Below, one piece after another: positions 39,351 through 48,931 of a stretch of 64,000 bases of DNA. The stretch's first letter is position 1. Each line of letters opens with the position of its first letter. Made by a program: the position numbers and the translations under genes. The DNA comes from an uncultured Candidatus Berkelbacteria bacterium (GTDB taxonomy: Bacteria > Patescibacteriota > UBA1384 > UBA12157): assembly GCA_903877885.1 (NCBI GenBank), contig CAIRFN010000013.1:2754-66753 (forward strand), read 5' to 3'. The notes under the pieces were generated by a model, which worked only from the letters and a program-made list of their open reading frames with translations, was not told the origin of the DNA and searched no databases.

Positions 39351-40541
39351 CTATTTAATAATTCCTCCACCCAGAACCTCTTCTTTGTAATAGAAGACGA
39401 CTGATTGACCAGGCGTAATTGCTCGTTGCGGTTTCTTAAATATTACTCTAACTTCTTCATCATTAATATGTGTAATCTGACAAGGTTCGATTGGATGACC
39501 ATGACGGATTCTGGCACTTATATTATTTGTTTTTGGTTTATTAATCCAGTTTAAATTTGTGGCCACCAGTTCTTTTTGGAATAAATCTTCATCTTGACCG
39601 ACAATTAATTCATTGGTTTTACTCTTCAATTTTATCACATAATAAGCGTTCGGACCACCCAAACCCAAACCTTCGCGCTGACCGATTGTGTAATTTATTA
39701 AACCGTCATGCGTGCCGATTTGGGTTTTGGTTTTGATGTCAATAATCGGACCAGGCTCGGTTAGATTTTGAGCGTAGCGGCGTAAAAAGCCGCCAACATT
39801 TCTGTCCGGAATAAAACAAATGCCTTGGGACTCACGGCGCGTCGCGGTCGGAAGTTGCATCTCGAGAGCCAGTTGGCGAATTTGCGGTTTAGTATAATCG
39901 CCACAAGGAAATAAAACGTGGGCTAATTTTTCTTGTGTTAGCGTCCACAAAAAATAAGTTTGATCTTTAACTTTGTCTTTCGGTTGCAAAAAATGATATC
40001 CGGTTTTGTCTTTTTTGATTCTGGCGTAGTGACCAGTCGCTAAATATTCGGCATCTAACTCAAAGGCTTTTTGCATCAAAAGTTCGCCTTTAATATCACG
40101 ATTACAAATCACGCACGGATTTGGCGTGCGACCCGATTCATATTCTTCAATATAATAATCCACCACTAATTTTTTAAATTCTTTTTCAAAATTAACAACA
40201 TAAAAAGGAATGCCCAGCTTTTTGGCCACCGCGCGAGCGGCAGTCGAGGCGTCCACCGAGCAACAGATATTTTCGCGCAAACCAGATGTTACCACCTTGG
40301 AGGTGGTAACTTGAGGTTCAGCCCAAAGCTTCACGGAGTCTGAATCTTTGTCGCCGGAATCGCTCCAAAGCTTCATAAAAATTCCCACGACGTCAAAGCC
40401 CTGTTTTTTTAGTAGCGCGGCGGCAACCGATGAGTCCACTCCGCCAGACATTGCGCACACTACTCGTGGTTTCTTTCTGTCATTGCGAGCCGCCGCAGCG
40501 GCGTGGCAATCTTTCTTTAAATTGTCATTTTCTTTTTTCAT
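39351..40541 (-). CDS. mnmA: tRNA 2-thiouridylase MnmA with repeat-derived insertions
   Basis: AMSGGVDS, TPNPCVICN, ATGHYA, KDQTYF, TPGQ. Confidence 0.97.
   Translation of the reverse strand: MKKENDNLKKDCHAAAAARNDRKKPRVVCAMSGGVDSSVAAALLKKQGFDVVGIFMKLWSDSGDKDSDSVKLWAEPQVTTSKVVTSGLRENICCSVDASTAARAVAKKLGIPFYVVNFEKEFKKLVVDYYIEEYESGRTPNPCVICNRDIKGELLMQKAFELDAEYLATGHYARIKKDKTGYHFLQPKDKVKDQTYFLWTLTQEKLAHVLFPCGDYTKPQIRQLALEMQLPTATRRESQGICFIPDRNVGGFLRRYAQNLTEPGPIIDIKTKTQIGTHDGLINYTIGQREGLGLGGPNAYYVIKLKSKTNELIVGQDEDLFQKELVATNLNWINKPKTNNISARIRHGHPIEPCQITHINDEEVRVIFKKPQRAITPGQSVVFYYKEEVLGGGIIK
40279..40319. repeat. family A hairpin in-frame in mnmA (EPQVTTSKVVTSGL)
   Basis: GTTACCACCTTGGAGGTGGTAAC identical to 30617-30639. 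Confidence 0.93.
40478..40512. repeat. family B palindrome in-frame at mnmA N-terminus (DCHAAAAARND)
   Basis: TGTCATTGCGAG-CCGCCGCAGCGG-CGTGGCAATCT. Confidence 0.85.
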
Positions 40542-40570
40542 CAGGTCTATTTTACCATATTTTTCAAAAT

Positions 40571-40617
40571 TTTACCACCTTTACCACCGCCACTTCGGAA
40601 GTGGCGGTGAGGTTTAA
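40571..40617. repeat. family A hairpin upstream of mnmA
   Basis: CACCGCCACTTCGGAAGTGGCGGTG-AGGTTTAA. Confidence 0.85.
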
Positions 40618-40648
40618 TTGAATAGTATTTAAATTAATTCTACTACCT

Positions 40649-40682
40649 AAAAAACCGCCTGGACTAACCAAAGCGGTTTTTT
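40649..40682. terminator. bidirectional intrinsic terminator
   Basis: AAAAAACCGC...GCGGTTTTTT. Confidence 0.7.
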
Positions 40683-40693
40683 GATATTTTCTT

Positions 40694-40722
40694 TGTCATT
40701 CCGGACTTGATCCGAAATCTAG
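40694..40722. repeat. family B palindrome
   Basis: TGTCATTCCGGACTTGATCCGAAATCTAG. Confidence 0.8.
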
Positions 40723-40758
40723 TTTATTTAGCCCGCCCCGTGATGAACGAAGTGAATT

Positions 40759-41337
40759 TTACGGGGTGAATCGGAAACTAGCAAGAATCGCTTTTTGAGT
40801 CTCGGATAAATTAGCTTTATTTTCAGCTGATGCGTCGAAATTAAAGAAGTTGCCACTGTTTTTTACAATAACCTCGTACTGAGTTTTAATTCCCGTAGCC
40901 ATATCTTCGTAGGCCGGCAGATTAGCAAACGTTATTTTCTTCGGCTCAAAAATATTGCCAGTTTCAGCTAACTTCGTAACCAAACCATCTAAATCTAAAC
41001 TCGAAAGCTGAATTTTTTTACCCGTCGCACTATAAGTAAATTCATGATTAATATAAATTGTTAGATCACTAGCACTATCCTGATTATTAATCATAATTTG
41101 ACCCGAGCTATCATTAATATCAACGATATAATTTTTTGGATATTTAAAACTAAATCCCAAATCCTTATTTTCATACGTTTTCCAGTCAGCGGTGGAAATA
41201 ACTGATGATGTTGGAACAGGCGGTTTTGGTGTAACGATTGGTTTAGTCATTAACCAATATCGCCAGCCGAAAAAGAAAGCGACGATGACGATGACGCCGA
41301 TTAAAATTCCGAGTAACCATTTTGTTGATGTGTGCAT
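40759..41337 (-). CDS. membrane-anchored PsbP-like surface protein (paralog 2; start revised)
   Basis: AAGGAG RBS; TM; DWKTYENKDLGFSFKYP...SFRFTP. Confidence 0.75.
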   Translation of the reverse strand: MHTSTKWLLGILIGVIVIVAFFFGWRYWLMTKPIVTPKPPVPTSSVISTADWKTYENKDLGFSFKYPKNYIVDINDSSGQIMINNQDSASDLTIYINHEFTYSATGKKIQLSSLDLDGLVTKLAETGNIFEPKKITFANLPAYEDMATGIKTQYEVIVKNSGNFFNFDASAENKANLSETQKAILASFRFTP

Positions 41338-41421
41338 TTCTCTCCTTTGATTTGTTATAATTATCATCTCATCATTTTAAACAAAAAGAAATATCACACG
41401 CTAGCGCCACAAAGAAATTTT

Positions 41422-41465
41422 CTAACCATATAGCGTACACCCTGGAAGTGTACATTGAGGTTTAG
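41422..41465. repeat. family A hairpin, 3' flank of RAYT-3 (overlaps its stop)
   Basis: CTAACC...GTACACCCTGGAAGTGTAC...GGTTTAG. Confidence 0.9.
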
Positions 41466-42133
41466 CCGGAGTAATTATCAATCAAAATATTTTTGATTAG
41501 CGCCAAATCGCGTTGATATGATTTTTGGTCAAGAACAAACTTCTTGTATCTTTTTGGCGACATATCAATGATTTCTTTAAATAAGCAAATCGGATTATTC
41601 ACTTCCTCGCAAAATTCTTTTAGAGAAGAAAAAGGCCAATCAAACGGATTATCAACCAAACCAGCTGAACTCGGATTTAGGTGCACATAGCGTGTTGAGT
41701 GTAATAATTGATTATCATTTTCAATTAAAACATTCCTGAAATGTCCTTCCCATAATGGACCGTTTCGATGATGTTTTAAGTTAAAATATCTAGTATAACT
41801 ATTTAAAATTTTACCGATATATTTTGAAATTCCATCATCTTTTTTCTGCTTTAAAATAAGATGAAAATGCGTCGGCATAATACAATAAGCCACAATTTCG
41901 ACCAAAACATCGTTATTCTTTTTTAGGCTATTTAAAATAGCCGTTTGAGCCATCATCTCCAGTTCTTTAAACCTTGAGTACTTATGATTAAATTCCGCAA
42001 AACGGTACATATCCAAGAGTTCTAAAATCCTATAATAATCATCGTCATCATTAAAAATCTGATATTTAGCGATACTCCGACTAAAGATATGATAATATTG
42101 GTCGGTTGCTAAAGGCGTTTTTCTAATATTCAT
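41462..42133 (-). mobile_element. REP-associated tyrosine transposase (RAYT-3; start revised to 42133)
   Basis: YHIFSRS, YCIMPTHFHL, GPLWEGHF, RYVHLNP, WPFSS. Confidence 0.92.
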
Positions 42134-42144
42134 AAGTCGATTAT

Positions 42145-42181
42145 ACCACAATGTACACCCCGGGGGTGTACATTGGTTTAA
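42145..42181. repeat. family A hairpin, 5' flank of RAYT-3
   Basis: CAATGTACACCCCGGGGGTGTACATTG. Confidence 0.92.
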
Positions 42182-42200
42182 CAATCATTAAATCTCCAAC

Positions 42201-42632
42201 CTATTGAACTGGAGCGGGTTGGATATTGATGTTTGTAGCGGTAACTGAACCGTCGGAATTGGCCGTGCCGACAACCATGACTTGGGTACCAGTGGCTAAA
42301 TCGGTTTTAGTACCAGCGGTTGATTTGGCAATTGCTGTTGAGTTACCAAACAAAACGATTTTCGAACTACCATCTTTCATTTTAACTGTCACGCTTTTAT
42401 CATCAGAACTGATAATTTGACCTGTCACCGGTCTGGCGCCATTCGCGCCTTGGCCACCGCGCGCAAATTGTCCGGCCACCGCGCCATTTCTCATCATACT
42501 ATTACCACTCCCAAAAGCCGCTCGAACCTTAGAGGTTGTTGATTTTTGATACACCGTTCCACCGTAGAATGCGCCGCCGGCGATTACAATCATAATGCCG
42601 ATAGCTAGAATTAGATTGATTTTTGTCTTCAT
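42201..42632 (-). CDS. membrane-anchored DUF5666-like beta protein
   Basis: TM with FYGG; G.I...DDKSVTV...DL..G..V.V.G..NSDGSVTA. Confidence 0.75.
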   Translation of the reverse strand: MKTKINLILAIGIMIVIAGGAFYGGTVYQKSTTSKVRAAFGSGNSMMRNGAVAGQFARGGQGANGARPVTGQIISSDDKSVTVKMKDGSSKIVLFGNSTAIAKSTAGTKTDLATGTQVMVVGTANSDGSVTATNINIQPAPVQ

Positions 42633-42678
42633 CTTGTTCCTTTCATTTATTATTTTTTTATGATATGGAAATATCTTC

Positions 42679-43902
42679 TTATTCATATCTTAAGGCTTCG
42701 ATTGGTGATAATTTACTGGCGCGTTGGGCCGGATACCAACCAAAAACAATTCCAATCACTGCCGAAACACCAATGGCTAAAAAGACCGAACTTAACGATA
42801 TTGTAAATGGTAATTTCATAAAGTAATCGACAATATAAGATAAAACCACACCAACAACCATACCGATTAGACCGCCGACCAAAGTCAAAACCGTCGCCTC
42901 GGTCAAGAACTGCAAAATAATAACTTTACTCTCTGCACCAAGCGCTTTTCGTAAACCGATTTCACGAGTGCGTTCGGTTACAGTCACAAACATAATATTC
43001 ATAATCCCAATCCCACCGACCAACAAAGATATGGCGGCGATACCGGCCAATAAAGTTGTCAAAGTGGTTGTCACCGAGGAAGCCGCGCCAGCCACATCAT
43101 TTTGAGAAATAATCGTAAAATCGGCTTGAGCCGGATTTGCAATTTTATGGCGCGCCAGCAAAAAATAGCCAACTTGATCTTGAGCGACCACAATTTGATC
43201 TTTGCTTTTGGCTTCCAAAGAAATGGCGGTTAGATAATTAATTCCAAACAAAGATTTTTGAGCGGTAGTTAGCGGTACATAAATCATATCATCTTGATTT
43301 TGAAAACCAGTCCCACCTTTACTGGCAGTCACGCCAACCACTCGAAAAGCGATTCGATTAATCCGAATCGTCTGACCAACCACATTAGTATTGGTGCCAA
43401 ACAAATCGGAAACCACTTGCGGGCCAATCACTGCAACTTTAGTTTGACTATTGACATCGTTTTGAGAAATAAAAGTGCCGGTTGATAAATTAATATTATG
43501 AACGCTCGGATAAGTCGATGTCGCGCCCACGATTTGAGTGTTGGTATTTTTGCTGCCAGTTGTAACTTGACCACGACGGGAAACTTCCGGCGAAACCTGA
43601 CTGATCGTATTAATTGTAGCTGATGTTTGAATCGCTGTGCCATCTTCATTGGTTAAAGTGGTAGCTGCATTAGCCGACCTTACACCAGCAGACGATTGTA
43701 GACTGGGAGAAATTGTCAGTAAGTTTGAACCCAAAGTAGCAATTTGGTTTTCCACCGCCATTTTAGCTGATTGGCCGATGCTAACTAAAGCAATCACGGC
43801 CGTAATGCCGATGACAATACCTAAAGCAGCCAAAGCCGTCCGGGTTTTTTGTAATCCCAAGGCCTCGATGGCTGATGCTAAAATTTCACTAAAATCTGAC
43901 AT
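42679..43902 (-). CDS. MacB-like ABC transporter permease
   Basis: LGIVIG, GGIGIMNIM, ERTREIGLRKALGA, PIEALRYE. Confidence 0.95.
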   Translation of the reverse strand: MSDFSEILASAIEALGLQKTRTALAALGIVIGITAVIALVSIGQSAKMAVENQIATLGSNLLTISPSLQSSAGVRSANAATTLTNEDGTAIQTSATINTISQVSPEVSRRGQVTTGSKNTNTQIVGATSTYPSVHNINLSTGTFISQNDVNSQTKVAVIGPQVVSDLFGTNTNVVGQTIRINRIAFRVVGVTASKGGTGFQNQDDMIYVPLTTAQKSLFGINYLTAISLEAKSKDQIVVAQDQVGYFLLARHKIANPAQADFTIISQNDVAGAASSVTTTLTTLLAGIAAISLLVGGIGIMNIMFVTVTERTREIGLRKALGAESKVIILQFLTEATVLTLVGGLIGMVVGVVLSYIVDYFMKLPFTISLSSVFLAIGVSAVIGIVFGWYPAQRASKLSPIEALRYE

Positions 43903-43917
43903 AAATACTTAAATCCT

Positions 43918-43984
43918 AATTAATTAATGCAGAATGCAGAATTGAATAATTTTTTTTAATTCTGAATTATGAATTCTGAATTAT
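43918..43984. repeat. 7-nt tandem arrays; 26 bp identical (inverted) to 58136-58161
   Basis: AATGCAG AATGCAG ... AATTCTG AATTATG AATTCTG. Confidence 0.8.
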
Positions 43985-44659
43985 CTAATTTTTTTGGTCA
44001 CTCACAATATTACCATCTTTAATCGTGATCACTCTGTGAGCAAAAGCGGCCACGGTCGGTTCATGGGTAATCATCACAATGGTTTTGCCTTCCTCGTTTA
44101 ATTTGGTAAAAATTTGCATAATTTCTTCGCTTTGATGAGTCGCCAAATTTCCGGTTGGTTCATCGGCTAAAATCATCGCTGGATCATTAGCTAAACTTCG
44201 CGCAATCGCTACTCGCTGTTGTTGGCCACCGGAAAGTTGCGCTGGTGTGTGTTCCAGCCTATCGCCCAAATCCACCATTTCCAGTAATTTTTGGGCTTTC
44301 ATTGGCCGCTCAATCTTAGGAACGCCACCATACATCATTGGTAACATCACGTTTTTTAAAGCTGAAGTTCTAGCTAACAAATTAAACGATTGAAAAACAA
44401 AGCCAATTTTTTGATTACGGACTCGAGCCAACTCATTTTCCGACAAGTCACTTACCTCCTTACTATCAAGTTTGTAATTTCCAGTCGTCGGTTTATCGAG
44501 TAATCCTAAAATATGCATCAAAGTCGATTTTCCTGATCCTGATGGACCAACAATGGCCACAAACTCGCCATCGGTAATTTCCAGATCGATTTTTTCCAAA
44601 GCGATTGTTTCGACATCACCGGTCGTATAAATTTTCGAAATATTTGTTAGTTGAATCAT
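43985..44659 (-). CDS. MacB/LolD-like ABC transporter ATP-binding protein
   Basis: [24 protein letters not shown]. Confidence 0.96.
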   Translation of the reverse strand: MIQLTNISKIYTTGDVETIALEKIDLEITDGEFVAIVGPSGSGKSTLMHILGLLDKPTTGNYKLDSKEVSDLSENELARVRNQKIGFVFQSFNLLARTSALKNVMLPMMYGGVPKIERPMKAQKLLEMVDLGDRLEHTPAQLSGGQQQRVAIARSLANDPAMILADEPTGNLATHQSEEIMQIFTKLNEEGKTIVMITHEPTVAAFAHRVITIKDGNIVSDQKN

Positions 44660-44680
44660 ATAGTATTTTTGATTTAGTGT

Positions 44681-46048
44681 TTAGCCGCCGGTTCGAGTCC
44701 GCGTCGCGCTACCCGATCCACCAAGACTAGCGCCACTAAAACCACCGCCGCCAGTCGTTCTAAGTCCGCCAAAAACCGAAGTTGTACTTGATGCTGTAGT
44801 AGTAGTTTTACTAACCGTACCAGTTACCACTGTATCGCCTTCATTAACGCCGCTCACAATTTCAATATCCGAATCGGAACTAATCCCAGTTTGAACGGTT
44901 TTAATTTGCGGCGCATTATTAACCATCACTTGAACCGTAGTATCGCCGTTTGTTGAAGTGGAAACCGCCGCGGCCGGCACAGTTAAAACATCAACTTTTG
45001 TGTCCAAAATAATATTGGCTGTAGCACTCATATTTGGTAAAATATCGCTGGCCTGATCATCAAACTGAATCGTAATCGGATAATTAGTCACCCCGGAACT
45101 AACCGTGCCGGTTTTGTTTATACCAATTACTTTACCAGTAAAAGTTTTGTCGGAAATGGCATCAACCGTAATGGTCGCTTTTTGATCGGTTTTGATTTTA
45201 TTAATATCGCTTTCGGAAACATCGGCGCTCATCACCGGATTAGATTGGTTGAAAATAGCCAAGAGCTGACCGCTAGTACTTTTCGCATTAGAATTACTCG
45301 ATGAAGTTGTTTGCGTAATCGACATACCAACATAACAACTCATACCACTAACTGTGCCATCAATCGGCGAAGTAACCGTCGCTTGAGTCTGTTGATAAGC
45401 GATATAAGCCGCTTTCAAATTAATTTGGGCCTGGCTGATACTATTACCGGAATCATCAAGTTCGGCTTGAGCCACTTGCGCATCAGTATTGGCGTTATAT
45501 TGTTGTTCGGCAAAACTCAAAGCATCTTGAGCCTGTTTTAGGGCTAGTTTTTTCTGAACTCTAGCAGCCGAACCAGTCGCATTATTTAAATCGATTTCTG
45601 CTTGTTTGACGGCCATTTTAGCTGAAGTTAAATTTTTGCCACGATTAAAATTAGCTTGATCAACTGATTGTTGAGCAGTCAGTTGATTATTTTGAGCGGT
45701 TTGGAGTGAGCTTTGAGCCGCTAAATAAGCTGAATAGGCTTTGGCTTGCGCCTGTTGGCCATCCTGATCGAGTGAAATTTGTAGGAGTTTTTGCCCAGCG
45801 TAAACTTTATCGCCGTCTTTAACATAAACGGAGCTAACCAAACCGCTGGCACCGGTGGTAATACTATAATAATTTGAGCTCAAAATTGAACCAGAAGCGG
45901 CAATCGAAGAAACAATCGTCCCCTTTTGGACTTGGCTAGTTGTATATTGCATGGCCAAACTGCCGGCTTTAACCTTTTGATAAATTAAAATTCCGGCCAC
46001 GATTAAAATAATTACTCCACCAATAATCCACCACTTTTTGTTTTTCAT
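44681..46048 (-). CDS. MacA-like periplasmic adaptor (membrane fusion protein)
   Basis: N-terminal TM, lipoyl halves (V.VK.GD.V; SPIDGTV), coiled coil. Confidence 0.9.
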   Translation of the reverse strand: MKNKKWWIIGGVIILIVAGILIYQKVKAGSLAMQYTTSQVQKGTIVSSIAASGSILSSNYYSITTGASGLVSSVYVKDGDKVYAGQKLLQISLDQDGQQAQAKAYSAYLAAQSSLQTAQNNQLTAQQSVDQANFNRGKNLTSAKMAVKQAEIDLNNATGSAARVQKKLALKQAQDALSFAEQQYNANTDAQVAQAELDDSGNSISQAQINLKAAYIAYQQTQATVTSPIDGTVSGMSCYVGMSITQTTSSSNSNAKSTSGQLLAIFNQSNPVMSADVSESDINKIKTDQKATITVDAISDKTFTGKVIGINKTGTVSSGVTNYPITIQFDDQASDILPNMSATANIILDTKVDVLTVPAAAVSTSTNGDTTVQVMVNNAPQIKTVQTGISSDSDIEIVSGVNEGDTVVTGTVSKTTTTASSTTSVFGGLRTTGGGGFSGASLGGSGSATRTRTGG

Positions 46049-46093
46049 AAAATTTCCCCGATTAATTAGATATTTTAATATTATAAATAAAAG

Positions 46094-46109
46094 CTGAAGA
46101 ATTGCTTAA
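46094..46109 (-). promoter_or_regulatory. putative OmpR-family direct-repeat box
   Basis: Minus strand TTAAG-N6-TTCAG, 10 nt before TAATAT. Confidence 0.5.
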
Positions 46110-46113
46110 TCTT

Positions 46114-47142
46114 TTAACTAAGCGGCAAAGAAACCGTAAAAGTCGTGCCAAGATTCGGCTGACTTTTTACTTCAATAGTTCCATTATGAAGCTTAACAAT
46201 TTGCTTGGCAATTGCTAAACCGAGGCCGTAGCCAGCATAATCTTCTTTAGAGCGCGACTGATCGGCGCGATAAAACCGGTCAAAAATATGCGGCAAATCT
46301 TGCGCACTAATACCGATACCTTGATCTTGAATTTTGATTAACAAATGATTTTTTTGCAAGTTAGTTTCAATTTGAACAATCGTTTTAGGTTTGCTATATT
46401 TAATTGCATTATCAACCAAAATAGTGATTAGTTTGGCGATTTGCGTTTCATTGCCAATGATTTTTAAATTAGATATTTTGGTTTTAATTTTAACGTTTTT
46501 AACGGCGGCAATTTTAGTAAATTTTTGTACGATTGACACAATTAAATCTTTGATTTTGATTTTGTCGCTCGATAAATCTTGGTTTTTATTTTGACCAATT
46601 TCATATTGAGCTAGTTCTAACAAACCATTGGCTAAGTTTTCCAACTTGGCCATTTCTTCCAAATTACTTTGGAGCATGGCTTTGGCTTCCAGCAATTTTA
46701 GATTCTTACTTCGTAAAGCCACTTCTGTTTCCAACTTCATTGCCGCCAAAGGCGTGCGCAATTCGTGGGAAGCATCAGCTGTAAACTGATTTTGCAATTC
46801 CACCATTTCTTGAATCGGTTCTAAAGTTTTCTTGGCAAAAAAGTAACTAGCGAGTCCGGCCAAAAGCCAAATTGCCAAATTAGTCATTAATAAATTTCGA
46901 ATCATCCGATCTTTTAGCTGATCGAGTTGTTGCTGACGCAAAGTTTCGAAAGCATCAATATCGAAATTAGTTTGTAGTTGCCGCGGCGGCGGCATTCGAA
47001 GAACAACCGATTGATTATGATTAAAAATTCCAATTTCATGAAAAGACACCAAGTAAACCAAACCACTAAACATGGTACTAATAATCATCACAATTAAAAT
47101 ATACCAAAGGGTCAGTTTTAGTTGAGCGCTTTTAAACGGCAT
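46114..47142 (-). CDS. sensor histidine kinase (start revised to 47142)
   Basis: Two TM, ASHELRTP, DNAIKY, DQGIGI, GLGL. Confidence 0.95.
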   Translation of the reverse strand: MPFKSAQLKLTLWYILIVMIISTMFSGLVYLVSFHEIGIFNHNQSVVLRMPPPRQLQTNFDIDAFETLRQQQLDQLKDRMIRNLLMTNLAIWLLAGLASYFFAKKTLEPIQEMVELQNQFTADASHELRTPLAAMKLETEVALRSKNLKLLEAKAMLQSNLEEMAKLENLANGLLELAQYEIGQNKNQDLSSDKIKIKDLIVSIVQKFTKIAAVKNVKIKTKISNLKIIGNETQIAKLITILVDNAIKYSKPKTIVQIETNLQKNHLLIKIQDQGIGISAQDLPHIFDRFYRADQSRSKEDYAGYGLGLAIAKQIVKLHNGTIEVKSQPNLGTTFTVSLPLS

Positions 47143-47821
47143 CGCTGCCTCCAATTCGGTAGCCAAAACCATGAATAGTTTCAAGCAAATTTTTAGCTTC
47201 GACAAAAGGCTTGTCGATTTTTTTTCGCAAATAACCGATATAAACTTCAACTGTGTTTGGCAAAATATCGGCATCAAAATCCCAGACATGATTAATAATC
47301 ATATCTTTGGAAATAATTCGCTTGGGATTTCTCATTAAATATTCCAAGAGCGCAAATTCCTTGCGACTTAATTTAATAGTTTTATCAAAACGTTTAACAA
47401 CAAATTTTTCCGAATCCAAAATCAAATCATTAATTTGTAAAACTTGATTAAGCGATTTGGCTGGCCGTCGTAACAGGGCTTTAACTCGAGCCAAGAATTC
47501 TTCAAAGGCGAAGGGTTTAACTAAATAATCATCGGCGCCCATATTCAAGCCTTCGACTTTGTCGCGAGTTTTGTCCTTAGCAGTAAGAATTAAAATTGGC
47601 GTATGAATTTCTGATTCGCGCAATTTTTTACAAATCAAAAGTCCATCGACTTTTCCCGGCAACATCCGATCGAGCACAATTAAATCATATTTAATCGTCA
47701 TAGCCGAACCCAAACCATCTTCACCATTAAAAGAAAGATCGACTGCAAACGATTCCTGTTCCAAACCCTTTTTTAAGGCCGTGGCAATTTTATGATCATC
47801 TTCAACAATTAATATACGCAT
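47132..47821 (-). CDS. OmpR-family response regulator
   Basis: VEDD, LDRMLP, GADDYLVKPF, winged helix. Confidence 0.97.
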   Translation of the reverse strand: MRILIVEDDHKIATALKKGLEQESFAVDLSFNGEDGLGSAMTIKYDLIVLDRMLPGKVDGLLICKKLRESEIHTPILILTAKDKTRDKVEGLNMGADDYLVKPFAFEEFLARVKALLRRPAKSLNQVLQINDLILDSEKFVVKRFDKTIKLSRKEFALLEYLMRNPKRIISKDMIINHVWDFDADILPNTVEVYIGYLRKKIDKPFVEAKNLLETIHGFGYRIGGSDAV

Positions 47822-47843
47822 ATATTTATCCTAATTTCTAATC

Positions 47844-47859
47844 CTGAAAAATTACTGAG
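47844..47859 (-). promoter_or_regulatory. putative OmpR-family direct-repeat box (autoregulation)
   Basis: Minus strand CTCAG-N6-TTCAG, 10 nt before TAGGAT. Confidence 0.5.
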
Positions 47860-47899
47860 AGAATATCGTATCAAGAATTAAATTAGATTACAAATATCT

Positions 47900-47940
47900 T
47901 TAACCATTTCTATCACCTACGAGGTGTTAAGAATGGTTAA
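47900..47940. repeat. solo family A hairpin (RAYT-1-like apex)
   Basis: TTAACCATT...CACCTACGAGGTG...AATGGTTAA. Confidence 0.8.
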
Positions 47941-47954
47941 TTAGAGCTCTTTCC

Positions 47955-48779
47955 CTACAGCTGATTTTTCTCTGCCGCTTCGACCACGTTTTTCAAAAGT
48001 TTCATCACTGTAATCGGACCAACACCGCCGGGAACCGGCGAGTAACTGGCAACTTTAGTATAAACTTCGGGATCAATATCGCCAACGGTTTGACCGCTAC
48101 TTTCGGCTGTGCCGGCGTCGATAATAATCGCACCTGATTTTACCATATCCGCTTTAATTAGGCCGGGTTTTCCGACGCCGGAAATAATAATATCAGCGGT
48201 TTTTGTAATCGAGTTTAAATCAGCCGTTTTAGAATCACAAACGATTAAATCAATATTTTTTTCTGATAGGATTTTTTCCAACGGCTGGCCGACCAACTTT
48301 CCATGACCAACTAAAACTACTTTTTTCTGCGCTAAGTCAATTTTATGAAAATCTAAAAGTTCCAAAATCGCCCCGGCGGTAGTTGGCGCGTACCTGCCTG
48401 CCGGCAAGGCAGGTCCACAATTTAGACCGTCAACATCCTTTTTTGGATCAATGTTGGCCAAAATTTTAGCTGTATCAAAGTTTTCTGGTAGCGGTAATTG
48501 AACAATAATGCCTGAAACATTTTTATTCAAATTCAAGTCATTAATTATAGTAATAATATTTTCTTCAGCAATGTCATCAGGAAATTTGTAAAGTCGATAA
48601 CCGATACCCAAACTTTCTGCTTTTTTTTGTTTCATTTGGGTATATAAAACACTAGCCGGATCATCGCCAACTAAAATCACCGCTAAAAATGGCAAAATAT
48701 TTTTCGCTTTTAAAACTTTTATTTTTTGTTTTAATTCTTCTTCGATAGCTTGAGCTACTGGTTTACCATATAGAATCAT
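47955..48779 (-). CDS. folD: bifunctional methylene-THF dehydrogenase/cyclohydrolase
   Basis: GIIVQLPLP, KDVDG, VPGGVGP. Confidence 0.96.
   Translation of the reverse strand: MILYGKPVAQAIEEELKQKIKVLKAKNILPFLAVILVGDDPASVLYTQMKQKKAESLGIGYRLYKFPDDIAEENIITIINDLNLNKNVSGIIVQLPLPENFDTAKILANIDPKKDVDGLNCGPALPAGRYAPTTAGAILELLDFHKIDLAQKKVVLVGHGKLVGQPLEKILSEKNIDLIVCDSKTADLNSITKTADIIISGVGKPGLIKADMVKSGAIIIDAGTAESSGQTVGDIDPEVYTKVASYSPVPGGVGPITVMKLLKNVVEAAEKNQL
48392..48414. repeat. family C palindrome in-frame in folD (GPALPAGRY)
   Basis: ACCTGCCT-GCCGGC-AAGGCAGGT. Confidence 0.8.
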
Positions 48780-48809
48780 GAGTCATAGTTCCTTATTTAA
48801 AATTAATAT

Positions 48810-48906
48810 TGTCATTCCAGACTGGCTGGCAGCAAGATCTGGAATCTGTCTAATCTAAATAATCTGGATTCCCGATGTCGGATTGCCATCTGGCTCGAGA
48901 ATGACA
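48810..48906. repeat. inverted pair of family B palindromes
   Basis: TGTCATTCCAGA...TCTGGAATCT and GGATTCCCGA...TCGAGAATGACA. Confidence 0.85.
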
Positions 48907-48931
48907 AATAAATATGATAGACCTTGCCAGA

